Assembly (NCBI GenBank): GCA_035629935.1 | Contig: DASQLQ010000175.1 | Location: 3,606-67,605 of the forward strand | Source of the DNA: Actinomycetota bacterium | GTDB lineage: Bacteria; Actinomycetota; CADDZG01; WHSQ01 | Length of the DNA: 64,000 nucleotides | Direction: 5' to 3' | Shown: in pieces, positions 46,561 to 58,998 of the stretch | How the letters are laid out: each line of letters begins with the position of its first letter | Position numbering within the stretch: position 1 is the stretch's first letter | Made by a program: the position numbers and the translations under genes | The notes under the pieces: model-generated | Seen by the model: the letters and a program-made list of their open reading frames with translations, nothing else | What the model was told of the DNA's origin: nothing | Database searches by the model: none

Positions 46561-48008
46561 GAAAACCTGACCCATGCGTTTGCGTGATCTTCGGCGCCTC
46601 CGGCGACCTGGCAAGCCGCAAGCTGTTCCCGGCGCTGCACAACCTCCAAGCCGAAGGACTGATCCCCTCCGAAACGGCGATAGTCGGCACCGGTCGCACG
46701 GAGTTCACCGATAGCGCGTTCGCCGAACAGATCCGCAAGGCGGTCGACGAGCACTCGCGAATGAAACCAACGACCGGCTCGTGGGACGTATTCGCGAGCG
46801 ACATCCACTACGTCACCGGCGACGTCGCCGATGACGATTTCTTCAGACGGTTGAAGGAACAACTGGAGGAGCTCGACGCGAAGGCCGGCACGAAAGGGAA
46901 CCGGGTCTGGTACCTCGCCACTATGCCCGCATTGTTCGGACCCATCGCGGAAGGGATCGGCAAGTCCGGGCTTCTCGATACGAGTGGATGGCACCGTCTC
47001 GTGGTCGAGAAACCGTTCGGCACCGATCTCACCTCGGCTAAAGACCTCAACGCAACGATCGGATCCAGCTTCGCCGAGGACCAGATATTCCGCATCGATC
47101 ATTACCTCGGCAAAGAGACGGTCCAGAACCTCTTGGTGTTTCGCTTCGCGAACGCCATCTTCGAACCGATCTGGAACCGTCGTTACGTCGATCACGTACA
47201 GATAACCGTGGCCGAGACCCTCGGTGTCGAGAGCCGGGCCGCGTTCTACGAGCAGACAGGCGCGTTACGAGACGTTGCCCAGAATCACTTGCTGCAGCTC
47301 CTCACGTTGATCGCTCTCGAACCCCCCGTCTCCTGGGACGCGGACGCGATCCGAAGCGAGAAGGTGCAGGTGCTGCGTGCGGTACGGCGATGGGCCTCGG
47401 ACGAATGCAGCGAGCGCGTCGCTCGAGGGCAGTACGAGGGGTATCTACAGGAGAAAGGGGTGGACTCCTCTTCCTCAACGGAGACGTTCATCGCGATAAA
47501 GCTTCTCATCGACAACTGGAGGTGGGCCGGAGTCCCGTTCTACGTGCGGACCGGCAAACAACTTCCCGCAAAGATGACCGAGATCGCGATCCAGTTCAAA
47601 GAGGTGCCCCACCTCATGTTCCGTAAGACCGCCGTCGAAGAGTTGGACCCGAACGTGCTGAGCGTGCGCATCCAACCCAACGAAGGTATCTCGCTCACTT
47701 TCGGAGCCAAGGTCCCGGGCCCCGAGGTCAACGTGACAACCGTCGACATGGAGTTCGACTACGAGCAGGACTTCGGGTCGGGCACCCCCGAGGCATACGA
47801 ACGACTCCTGCTCGATTGCATGCTCGGCGATGCCACTTTGTTCACTCGCGCCGATGAGATCGAAGAAGCGTGGGAGATCATGCAGCCGATCCTCGATCTC
47901 TGGAGCCGGGGTGGGAGGCCGGGGCCTTACGACTCCGGGTCGTGGGGGCCGCCGCGTGCGGACGAGCTCCTCAGCAAGGACGGTAGAGCCTGGCGGAATC
48001 CAGACTGA
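46548..48008 (+). CDS. zwf: glucose-6-phosphate dehydrogenase
   Basis: [20 protein letters not shown] motif, RIDHYLGKE active-site motif; start GTG 46548 (GTG 46587 possible). Confidence 0.92.
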   Translation: MGQLRKPDPCVCVIFGASGDLASRKLFPALHNLQAEGLIPSETAIVGTGRTEFTDSAFAEQIRKAVDEHSRMKPTTGSWDVFASDIHYVTGDVADDDFFRRLKEQLEELDAKAGTKGNRVWYLATMPALFGPIAEGIGKSGLLDTSGWHRLVVEKPFGTDLTSAKDLNATIGSSFAEDQIFRIDHYLGKETVQNLLVFRFANAIFEPIWNRRYVDHVQITVAETLGVESRAAFYEQTGALRDVAQNHLLQLLTLIALEPPVSWDADAIRSEKVQVLRAVRRWASDECSERVARGQYEGYLQEKGVDSSSSTETFIAIKLLIDNWRWAGVPFYVRTGKQLPAKMTEIAIQFKEVPHLMFRKTAVEELDPNVLSVRIQPNEGISLTFGAKVPGPEVNVTTVDMEFDYEQDFGSGTPEAYERLLLDCMLGDATLFTRADEIEEAWEIMQPILDLWSRGGRPGPYDSGSWGPPRADELLSKDGRAWRNPD

Positions 48009-48679
48009 TGGCGTTCAAGGTCGAGGTGCTGAACGACCATCCGAAGGAAGCCGCCGCGCGCATCGGCGCCGATTTGCCTCCCCGGGGATCCGTCGTACTG
48101 ACCGGAGGCACAACCGCCGAGAAGATCTATCCGTTCCTTGCCCTCCAGCAGAGGGATTGGTCCCGGATCGAAGTCTTGTTCTCCGACGAACGTTGCGTCC
48201 CACCGGATGACCCCGCCAGCAACTTCAAGATGGCTACCGACCTGTTACTCAATCGAACCTCCCCCGGGGCCGTTCATCGGATGCGCGGAGAGGACGAGCC
48301 CGCCGCCGCCGCGATCGCGTACCACGATGAGATCGCTTCCCTCGTGGACGCAGGCCTCGACCTGATGTTGCTCGGCATGGGCGCCGACGCGCACGTCGGT
48401 GCCAACTTTCCCGACTCCCCTGCCGTGAAGAGATCCAAAAATCTCTGCAGAGCAGTCGATCGACCAGATGGGATGAAGGGGCTAACGCTCACTCCGCGGG
48501 CGATCCTGTTCGGAGTGAAGGTCCTTCTCTTGGTAACGGGTAACGCCAAAGCCGACACCGTCCGCCGAGTCATCGAGGGCGACGAGGACCCGACAACCTG
48601 CCCGGCGCGTCTACTAGCAGGTCATCCTGATGTGACTTTCCTTCTCGATCAAGCTGCAGCTAGTCGTCTGTCGCGCTGA
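48008..48679 (+). CDS. pgl: 6-phosphogluconolactonase
   Basis: 223 aa; TGATG coupling to zwf; LTGGTT, FSDERCVP, LLGMGADAH motifs. Confidence 0.85.
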   Translation: MAFKVEVLNDHPKEAAARIGADLPPRGSVVLTGGTTAEKIYPFLALQQRDWSRIEVLFSDERCVPPDDPASNFKMATDLLLNRTSPGAVHRMRGEDEPAAAAIAYHDEIASLVDAGLDLMLLGMGADAHVGANFPDSPAVKRSKNLCRAVDRPDGMKGLTLTPRAILFGVKVLLLVTGNAKADTVRRVIEGDEDPTTCPARLLAGHPDVTFLLDQAAASRLSR

Positions 48680-49818
48680 TCCTCCGACGGGTTCGGCGGC
48701 GAACGCCCCGGCTCGAACCGCCTACCGTCCGGCCGATACCAGGAGACTTCGTTGCCTTTGAGTGCCACGTTCCAGTTGCCTTCGTGCACGAGCTTGTGAT
48801 GCCAGTGGCAGACGAGAACCAGGTTGTCCAGATCGGTCGGCCCACCTTTGATCCAGTGCCTGATGTGGTGTGCGTGCAGGAACCACTTCGCTTCGCAGCC
48901 CGGAAACGTGCAACGACCGTCGCGGTAACGAAGTTGGCGTTGGAGCCAGCTAGCCACCGTGCGCGAAGCACGCCCGATCCCAACGACCTTGCCGCCCCCG
49001 TTAAGCACCACGGTCTGCAGCCGGGCATCACAACAGAGTCGAAGAGCGGTGTCGGCATGGATCACAGGCCCGTTCTCGATCTTGCACCCGCTCGTCGCTG
49101 CGACGAGTGCACCGAGCTCCGCCTGCACCACGATCGTGGCCCGGTCCGCATCCTGGTCCTCGGCGATAGCTCGGGAGCACATCGCGTAAAGGGCATCGGC
49201 GCGTCGAGCGTCGAGCGTGCCTTCTGGTAGTGGGGTGTCGTCTTCGTCGTCCTGCACGATGTCGGGGAGTCGTCCGGCGAGACGGTCGAGCGCTTTAGCT
49301 ACGACCGCTCCCTGATCTGCCGGTAGCACTCCCTGCAGGGCCAACACCTTCTGGTCGTCGGTCCACCAGTAGTGGAGGTAGCGCTCCTTGTCCCTGTCAA
49401 CGGCATCCTGCTTCGATGTGGCGACCGCGACATTTGCTGTCTCGCGCACACATGCGGGAGAGACACGTCGCGCCCAGGTAATCAGCTTCCGTTCGGTGGT
49501 AGGTGTGGCGAAACGACACAGATCTAGGACCTTGTCGAGACTGAGGCTCCCGGCTCCGAACGCAGCAGCTAGACGAGGAAGGGAAGGGAGCGCATGAGCT
49601 GCAATGATCCACCGCCGTGCGGTCCATGAAGAGATACCCAGCTCGGTGGCCAGCCAGTGAGGGAAGTCACGGGCCGCCCCGTCGTCCCAGATCCGTTCGT
49701 CGTCGCAAGCAACGATGTCTTGGAGTAGCTCACGGTGGGCCGCCATCGCCTTGGCGTAGCCGGCCTGGAGCCGGTCGACGGGGTGTATTCGGTTGTCGTG
49801 CTGAGTGGCCGACTCCAT
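48649..49818 (-). CDS. DUF222 domain HNH endonuclease (REP13E12-like, putatively mobile)
   Basis: 389 aa; N-terminal DUF222-like region; C-terminal HNH (CTFPGC...HAHHIRHW...NLVLVCHWHHKLVHEG); 3' end overlaps pgl by 31 nt. Confidence 0.85.
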   Translation of the reverse strand: MESATQHDNRIHPVDRLQAGYAKAMAAHRELLQDIVACDDERIWDDGAARDFPHWLATELGISSWTARRWIIAAHALPSLPRLAAAFGAGSLSLDKVLDLCRFATPTTERKLITWARRVSPACVRETANVAVATSKQDAVDRDKERYLHYWWTDDQKVLALQGVLPADQGAVVAKALDRLAGRLPDIVQDDEDDTPLPEGTLDARRADALYAMCSRAIAEDQDADRATIVVQAELGALVAATSGCKIENGPVIHADTALRLCCDARLQTVVLNGGGKVVGIGRASRTVASWLQRQLRYRDGRCTFPGCEAKWFLHAHHIRHWIKGGPTDLDNLVLVCHWHHKLVHEGNWNVALKGNEVSWYRPDGRRFEPGRSPPNPSEDQRDRRLAAA

Positions 49819-49864
49819 AGAGCACCTCTAAGCCGGACCGGTGAAGCGCGGAGTGACCAGAGTA

Positions 49865-49880
49865 TCGAACGTATGTTCGC
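49865..49880. promoter_or_regulatory. candidate LexA SOS box (TCGAAC-N4-GTTCGc)
   Basis: TCGAACGTATGTTCGC, 47-62 nt upstream of the HNH/DUF222 start codon; 11/12 match to the mycobacterial-type SOS box. Confidence 0.6.
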
Positions 49881-49938
49881 TTGTCAAGCTATTTCTGGCC
49901 CCCACACTGGGATAGAGGCAGCACCGCCCGAACACATC

Positions 49939-50045
49939 TAGTTCCCGCCGAACGTCTCGACCCGAGTGGCACCTAGCCCGAACGCCGAACGTCTCGACCC
50001 GAGTGGCACCTAGCCCGAACGCCGAACGTCTCGACGTTGGGCGAA
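49939..50045. repeat. tandem array (about 2.8 x 37 bp) of REP-like units
   Basis: Units 49939-49973, 49974-50010 (TAGCCCGAACGCCGAACGTCTCGACCCGAGTGGCACC), and 50011-50045 ending in hairpin CGCCGAACGT/CTCG/ACGTTGGGCG. Confidence 0.85.
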
Positions 50046-50066
50046 AGAACAAACTGTGGATGAGCT

Positions 50067-50104
50067 TTTACGGCCGGGAAACCGACGCGAAACAAACCCG
50101 AAAC
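50067..50104 (+). promoter_or_regulatory. candidate GlnR binding site (two a-n6-b boxes)
   Basis: TTTAC-ggccgg-GAAAC-cgacgc-GAAAC-aaaccc-GAAAC, 111 nt upstream of the amt start. Confidence 0.65.
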
Positions 50105-50214
50105 ACCTCCCCCTGAATCTGTGCCCGTAAAGAAAGTCCACTTCCCCCGGTGACGGGGTCGACTGCGACGAAGGCGACGCAGCAGACGCCTGATCCAGCG
50201 GCCCAAAGAGAGGG

Positions 50215-54312
<4,098 letters not shown>

Positions 54313-54340
54313 CCCCCCGGGCATCGGGTACAAGCAACCC

Positions 54341-55816
54341 ATGCCTACGGAAACAGCCCGTCTTGTCGGGGAGCGCTACCGCCTGCTCGAGCCTTTGGGC
54401 CGGGGGGGCATGGGCCTCGTTTGGCGGGCCGACGACACACTCCTGAACCGACCCGTAGCGGTCAAAGAGGTCGAGATCCCAACAGGCCTTCCCGACCAAG
54501 AGAAGGAAGCCCTCCAGGCGCGGGTCTTGCGTGAGGCGCGCGCAGCGGCGCGTCTCAACCATCCGAACGTCGTAACGGTTTTCGATGTGGTCGAGGACGA
54601 AGGACGCACCTTCATCGTCATGGAACTGATCGAGGCCCCCACCCTTGCCGAGATGGTCGAGCACCAGGGTTCCCTCTCGCCGGCACGAGCCCGTGAGGTC
54701 GCCCTCGAGGTCCTTAGCGCGATCGAGGCGGCCCATGCGGAAGGGATCGTCCATCGCGACGTCAAACCCGGAAACGTGATGATCCCGCCGGCCGGTCGGG
54801 TGAAGCTCGGGGACTTCGGCATCGCGTCGGTCAAAGGTGATCCCAAGCTCACGTCAACGGGACTGATCCTTGGCTCACCCTCGTACATGGCGCCCGAACA
54901 AGCGACGAGCGCGACGAGTGGGCCCGAGGCCGATCTATGGGCACTCGGAGCGTTGCTGTACTTCGCCGTCGAAGGGGAACCGCCGTTCGACAAGGGCCAG
55001 GCATTGCCGACGCTCGCGGCTGTGGTCGGTGAAGAACCGAAGCCGCTCGGTGACGGGCCTCTCCGAACCGTCGTCGAGGCTCTGATGAGGAAGGAGCCGG
55101 CAGCTCGACCCAGCATCGCCGAAGTGCGCAGCATGCTGTTGATCCCGTCCGGCGCCCCCACCGTCGGCCCGACTAAGCCGATGATCCAACCGGACCCGCA
55201 GCAGACACACACTGCCGCCCGATCCAAGAGGCCATGGGCGGTCGTCGGCGCCCTGGGTGCGCTGCTACTCGCAGCCGCCCTCCTCATGATCACCCTCGAC
55301 CGGAACGAAGCACCCCCGACAGAACCGCGAGCAGGGCAGAACGGGGAGCCGGAGAAGGCGGTTATCCCCCCATCGTGGGTCACCTATAAGCAGGAGGCGA
55401 TCGGCTTCACGATCGCCCACCCCGGGGGATGGCAGGTAGAGGAGAACTCCATCGATGATTCGAGTATCGACTTCCTGGATCCCGATTCCAGCACCTATCT
55501 GAGGCTGGACTGGACCGACACCCCGGGGGACTCCCCTGCGGGGGCCTGGCGCTCCCTCGAGCAGTCCTTCGAGGCCGCACACAGTGGGTACAGCCGGATC
55601 GGCATCACCCCCACCACCTTCAAGGGGATGGATGCGGCCACATGGGAGTTCACCTACGTGGACGGCGGGGTCACCCTCCATGCGATCGACCTCGGCTTCG
55701 TCACGAGCGATGGCTCCTATGGGTTCGCCCTGAACTTCCAGACCCTCGAGGAGGACTGGGCGGCTTCCCAGCCGATATTCGAGCAGCTCAAGGCCAGCTT
55801 CCAGGCGCCCGGCTAG
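54341..55816 (+). CDS. Ser/Thr protein kinase with TM helix and extracellular C-terminal domain
   Basis: GRGGMGLVW..VAVK, HRDVKPGN, DFGIA, SPSYMAPE; TM about residues 295-315. Confidence 0.9.
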   Translation: MPTETARLVGERYRLLEPLGRGGMGLVWRADDTLLNRPVAVKEVEIPTGLPDQEKEALQARVLREARAAARLNHPNVVTVFDVVEDEGRTFIVMELIEAPTLAEMVEHQGSLSPARAREVALEVLSAIEAAHAEGIVHRDVKPGNVMIPPAGRVKLGDFGIASVKGDPKLTSTGLILGSPSYMAPEQATSATSGPEADLWALGALLYFAVEGEPPFDKGQALPTLAAVVGEEPKPLGDGPLRTVVEALMRKEPAARPSIAEVRSMLLIPSGAPTVGPTKPMIQPDPQQTHTAARSKRPWAVVGALGALLLAAALLMITLDRNEAPPTEPRAGQNGEPEKAVIPPSWVTYKQEAIGFTIAHPGGWQVEENSIDDSSIDFLDPDSSTYLRLDWTDTPGDSPAGAWRSLEQSFEAAHSGYSRIGITPTTFKGMDAATWEFTYVDGGVTLHAIDLGFVTSDGSYGFALNFQTLEEDWAASQPIFEQLKASFQAPG

Positions 55817-55975
55817 GAGTCTAGAAATCACCCCTAACCGCTCAAGGCGGCTACCCGGAGTGCCGAATTAGTACTCAGTAACACCCAACGAACAGGCAAA
55901 CCTGCGGCAACGCAGGGGCGCAAAGCCAGGGGCCCCCCAGGGGTCGCCCAGCTACCGAACTGGGAGGAACGTGCC

Positions 55976-56458
55976 GTGAGCGCTACCAAGCGTTATGTCG
56001 CCGGGGCGGTGGCATCGATCTTGATCTTCTCTCTCTTTCCCGCCATCACTGCGTCGGCGGCCTGCTACTCACCCACGCGCAAAGAACGCCAGTTCGTGCG
56101 CAAGATGAATCAAGAGCGCAGAGAAGCCGGTAAGTCTCCCCTCAAACTCGACCTCGAAGTCTCGAAGGTGTCGAAGACCCACACCCGCGCCATGGCCAAG
56201 AACGCCAGCCTGTATCACACGGCCTCTGACGTTCTCAGTCGTCGCGTCACCAACTGGATACTTCTGGGTGAGAACGTCGGCGTCGGCGGCAGCGTCGGAT
56301 CGCTGCACCAGGCCTTCATGGATTCCCCCGCGCACCGCGCGAACATCATGCTCACCTCGTTCAAGTACGTCGGAGTCGGCACCGTTCAAGCCGGCGATCG
56401 CCTGTGGGTAACCGTCACATTCGAGGCAAAATCGAATCCAGGCTCCCCGCTCTGCTGA
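55976..56458 (+). CDS. secreted CAP/SCP (YkwD-like) domain protein
   Basis: 160 aa; GTG after GGGAGG; signal peptide; HT..M......HT...GENVG...FM.SP.HR.NI motif series. Confidence 0.8.
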   Translation: MSATKRYVAGAVASILIFSLFPAITASAACYSPTRKERQFVRKMNQERREAGKSPLKLDLEVSKVSKTHTRAMAKNASLYHTASDVLSRRVTNWILLGENVGVGGSVGSLHQAFMDSPAHRANIMLTSFKYVGVGTVQAGDRLWVTVTFEAKSNPGSPLC

Positions 56459-56636
56459 TTCTGCTCACCCGTAAGGCCCGACCTCATTTCCCGCTAGGGG
56501 AAGCCCGCTAACCCGAACGAGTTTTCGCTACGTACCAACGCCTACGCACCTCTCCTTACGCACAGCGCCCCATTTAGAGGGCCATCGAAATGTCCGACAT
56601 TCATTTCATCGACCCGTGATGCCTGGGAGGCACTAG

Positions 56637-57173
56637 ATGAAGACACTTCGCCAGATCGTGACCGTTGCGACAACCGCTGCGCTACTCGTGATCTTCGTTC
56701 CGGCATCGACTTCTACGGCGTCTGCAGCCTGCTCGCGTGGGTGGGCGTATCGCGATGCGGAGACTTCCTTCGCTGCGAGGATCAACCATGCACGCGCTAC
56801 GGCGGGACAAGGCAACCTCCGACTCGACAAAGAGTTGTCGAAGGCAGCTCGACGTCACACGAGGGAGATGCTCGAGAGCAACACGCTGTATCACACGCCG
56901 GCTCCCGCTCTCAAGAACCGCGTGACCAACTGGACATGGCTGGGTGAGAACGTCGGCGTTGGAAACACCGTCGATTCGCTGCACGTCGCCTTCATGAACT
57001 CACCCGACCACCGCGACAACATCTTGTTCTCGAAGTTCCGTCACATTGGGATCGGCACCCGGATGCAGGGTGGACGCATGTGGGTGACGGTTCTTTTCGA
57101 AGCCAAGACCGATCCCGGCACGACGTTGCCGATGCCGACCTGCAAGGGCCTGATCTCCCTGAAGAGGAACTAG
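56637..57173 (+). CDS. secreted CAP/SCP (YkwD-like) domain protein, paralogue
   Basis: 178 aa; same motif series as 55976..56458 (LGENVGVG, AFM(D/N)SP(A/D)HR(A/D)NI, LWVTV.FEAK). Confidence 0.8.
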   Translation: MKTLRQIVTVATTAALLVIFVPASTSTASAACSRGWAYRDAETSFAARINHARATAGQGNLRLDKELSKAARRHTREMLESNTLYHTPAPALKNRVTNWTWLGENVGVGNTVDSLHVAFMNSPDHRDNILFSKFRHIGIGTRMQGGRMWVTVLFEAKTDPGTTLPMPTCKGLISLKRN

Positions 57174-58885
57174 AGGTCGACGACGAACACCACGGGATCG
57201 GAGCTGGAAGAACCGTGATCCTTGTCCCGCCGGAAGAGTGCCGACGCCCGGAAGGTTCCGCCCTCGGTGGGAACGCCGAACTCGAATCGATAGCCACTGC
57301 CTTTGTCGAGAGGAACGCTCTCTGTGACCATGGGGACGTATTCCGAGCCGTCGAAGTGCTCGATCTTCACGACCACCTCTTGATTGACGTGAGCCGGGGC
57401 TACCGCCCCGCTCAGGACGACTGCCTCGGTCCCCGGCGGATGGTGCGAGACGCCCGCGGTATCGGGAGTGCCTCCCTCCGCCTCTATCGTGACCGAAGGA
57501 TCGATCAGCACGCGGGCAACGTCGCTCTGATCTCCCCAATGGTTGGTGTCTCCATCGTAGGCCGCGACCGCCTGAACGTTCCTTTCGGTGGCGATCTCGA
57601 ACGCGAAAGCACCGTCGGAATCCGTGACCGTCTCGGGCCCCTGTCGCCACCGGCCTCCCGCGACCCGGTAGTAGACGTTCACCGGCCGGGCGCCCATGGG
57701 CGCCAGCTTCACGTCCGTGAGCGATCCCTCGAAAACAGCCGGGTCGCCGTAGTCGGCATGCAGTGACCCAGATCTCAACTCGAGGAGCGATCCCGGCTTG
57801 CCTTTGCCCTTCAACGTCGCCACCTCTCGCCTGATCGTCGGTAAGCCTCTGTAGACAGTGGTGCCCGGGCATGCGGTCTGACCGGCGTCCCGGTGCCCCG
57901 AGATGTAGTGAAGCCTTCTGGCTCCGCCCCCTTCGGGATTGCGATACACGTGCCTTGCCTGAGGCACCAGATCGTGTCGATCGGTCTCCCACGCGAGGAG
58001 CTCTACGAGGGTCCGGCGCGCTGCCGGCTGAAGGTCGACCTGCGAGTAGTTGCCCATGAGGCTGATCCCGAGACTGCCCGAGTTGTAGTTGGCAACGTGT
58101 GCGCCCGCGACGACCTCCTGGTTGCCGTTCTCCGCGTCGTGTTTCTCCCACGGCCGGTACGGTCTCGCCCAACGTCCTTCGTACAGCGATCCATCGGGGG
58201 CGATGACGAAGTTGTATCCAACGTCACACCACCCTTGCCGGACCACGTGGTACCAGTAGATGGCTCGCATCGTCGCCTTCGGATGTTGGTCGAAGTTCTC
58301 TCCGGCGGTGTGATGAACGAAGATCTGCTGCAAGTCGAAGAACCGGCGCTTGCAACCTCCGGACTTCCGTTTGAGGGATTCGTCGGCCCCCCACTCCGCG
58401 CGCGTGATTATGCGCGGTTCGTTCGCGGCAGCCGCGGCGACCCTGGGGATGGTCACTTCACGTCGGGGCCCGTCCATGGTGTTCAGGTAGTCGAGGATCA
58501 CGTCGGACACCCGGCCATGTGCCTTCCAATCGACGCTGACGGCAGCGTCCACGGACAACACTGCGGAGTAGTGACGGCCAAGCTTCTCCGCTGCCTCCGA
58601 TCCGTGCACCTCCCGTGCGCGCTGCCAGAGCGATACCTCGCCCGCCTCGGACACGGTGCGGAAACGGACGGTGGTGGAGCGGGGGCCGCGCCAGCTGAAC
58701 ATGATGTGCGTAGCCGAGAAATCCAGCGCCACGGGGTCCGGCGAACCGGTCGCGGACAGGTGCACGCTGCGCGACAGAGTGACCGGCACCGTTAACGTCC
58801 GTGTGGGAGCTGCCCACGACGTGGTCAATTGCCCCCCGACGAGGGCAACCACCAACCCGACTCGAACCACCAACCACGGCCTCAT
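57170..58885 (-). CDS. N-acetylmuramoyl-L-alanine amidase (PGRP/amidase_2 domain) with C-terminal Ig-like domains
   Basis: 571 aa; signal peptide; FVHHTAG...GWCDVGYNF...ISGHRDAGQTACPG zinc-amidase motifs. Confidence 0.85.
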   Translation of the reverse strand: MRPWLVVRVGLVVALVGGQLTTSWAAPTRTLTVPVTLSRSVHLSATGSPDPVALDFSATHIMFSWRGPRSTTVRFRTVSEAGEVSLWQRAREVHGSEAAEKLGRHYSAVLSVDAAVSVDWKAHGRVSDVILDYLNTMDGPRREVTIPRVAAAAANEPRIITRAEWGADESLKRKSGGCKRRFFDLQQIFVHHTAGENFDQHPKATMRAIYWYHVVRQGWCDVGYNFVIAPDGSLYEGRWARPYRPWEKHDAENGNQEVVAGAHVANYNSGSLGISLMGNYSQVDLQPAARRTLVELLAWETDRHDLVPQARHVYRNPEGGGARRLHYISGHRDAGQTACPGTTVYRGLPTIRREVATLKGKGKPGSLLELRSGSLHADYGDPAVFEGSLTDVKLAPMGARPVNVYYRVAGGRWRQGPETVTDSDGAFAFEIATERNVQAVAAYDGDTNHWGDQSDVARVLIDPSVTIEAEGGTPDTAGVSHHPPGTEAVVLSGAVAPAHVNQEVVVKIEHFDGSEYVPMVTESVPLDKGSGYRFEFGVPTEGGTFRASALFRRDKDHGSSSSDPVVFVVDL

Positions 58886-58969
58886 GAAGTCGTGAATGCT
58901 ACGGAAATGGTGCTCATACCGATAGAGACATGTGGGGAAACGCCAGGCTCGGCCTGCTTGTGGCGAACC

Positions 58970-58998
58970 CTCTTATAGGAGTGCTAAAAGGGTGAGTG
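58970..58998. promoter_or_regulatory. conserved upstream motif of transporter-RHH module 1
   Basis: CCTCTTATAGGAGTGCTAAAA then GGTGAGTG; aligns with 60382-60401 (CCTCCTATAGGAGTGTTATAA); two GAGTG copies about 14 bp apart. Confidence 0.5.

Noticed and set aside
49939-50045. CRISPR array
   Set aside because: The repeats are directly adjacent with no unique spacers, there are only about 2.8 units, and no cas genes are in the window.
54376-55383. 335-aa ORF antisense to the Ser/Thr kinase
   Set aside because: Low-complexity Ser/Ala/Arg-rich translation, whereas the kinase frame has all Hanks motifs.
55817-56636. ydaO (c-di-AMP) or other known riboswitch in the leaders of the two CAP/SCP genes
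   Set aside because: A few short resemblances (CCCGAAC, GCTAAC) are present, but I cannot reconstruct the conserved helices or pseudo-two-fold core by eye. Left as an open question for an Infernal scan rather than claimed.
57000-58172. 390-aa minus-strand ORF in an alternative frame of the amidase gene, and the 300-aa plus-strand ORF 57893..58795
   Set aside because: Arg/Gly-rich shadow ORFs. The 57170..58885 frame contains the amidase_2 zinc-binding motifs.
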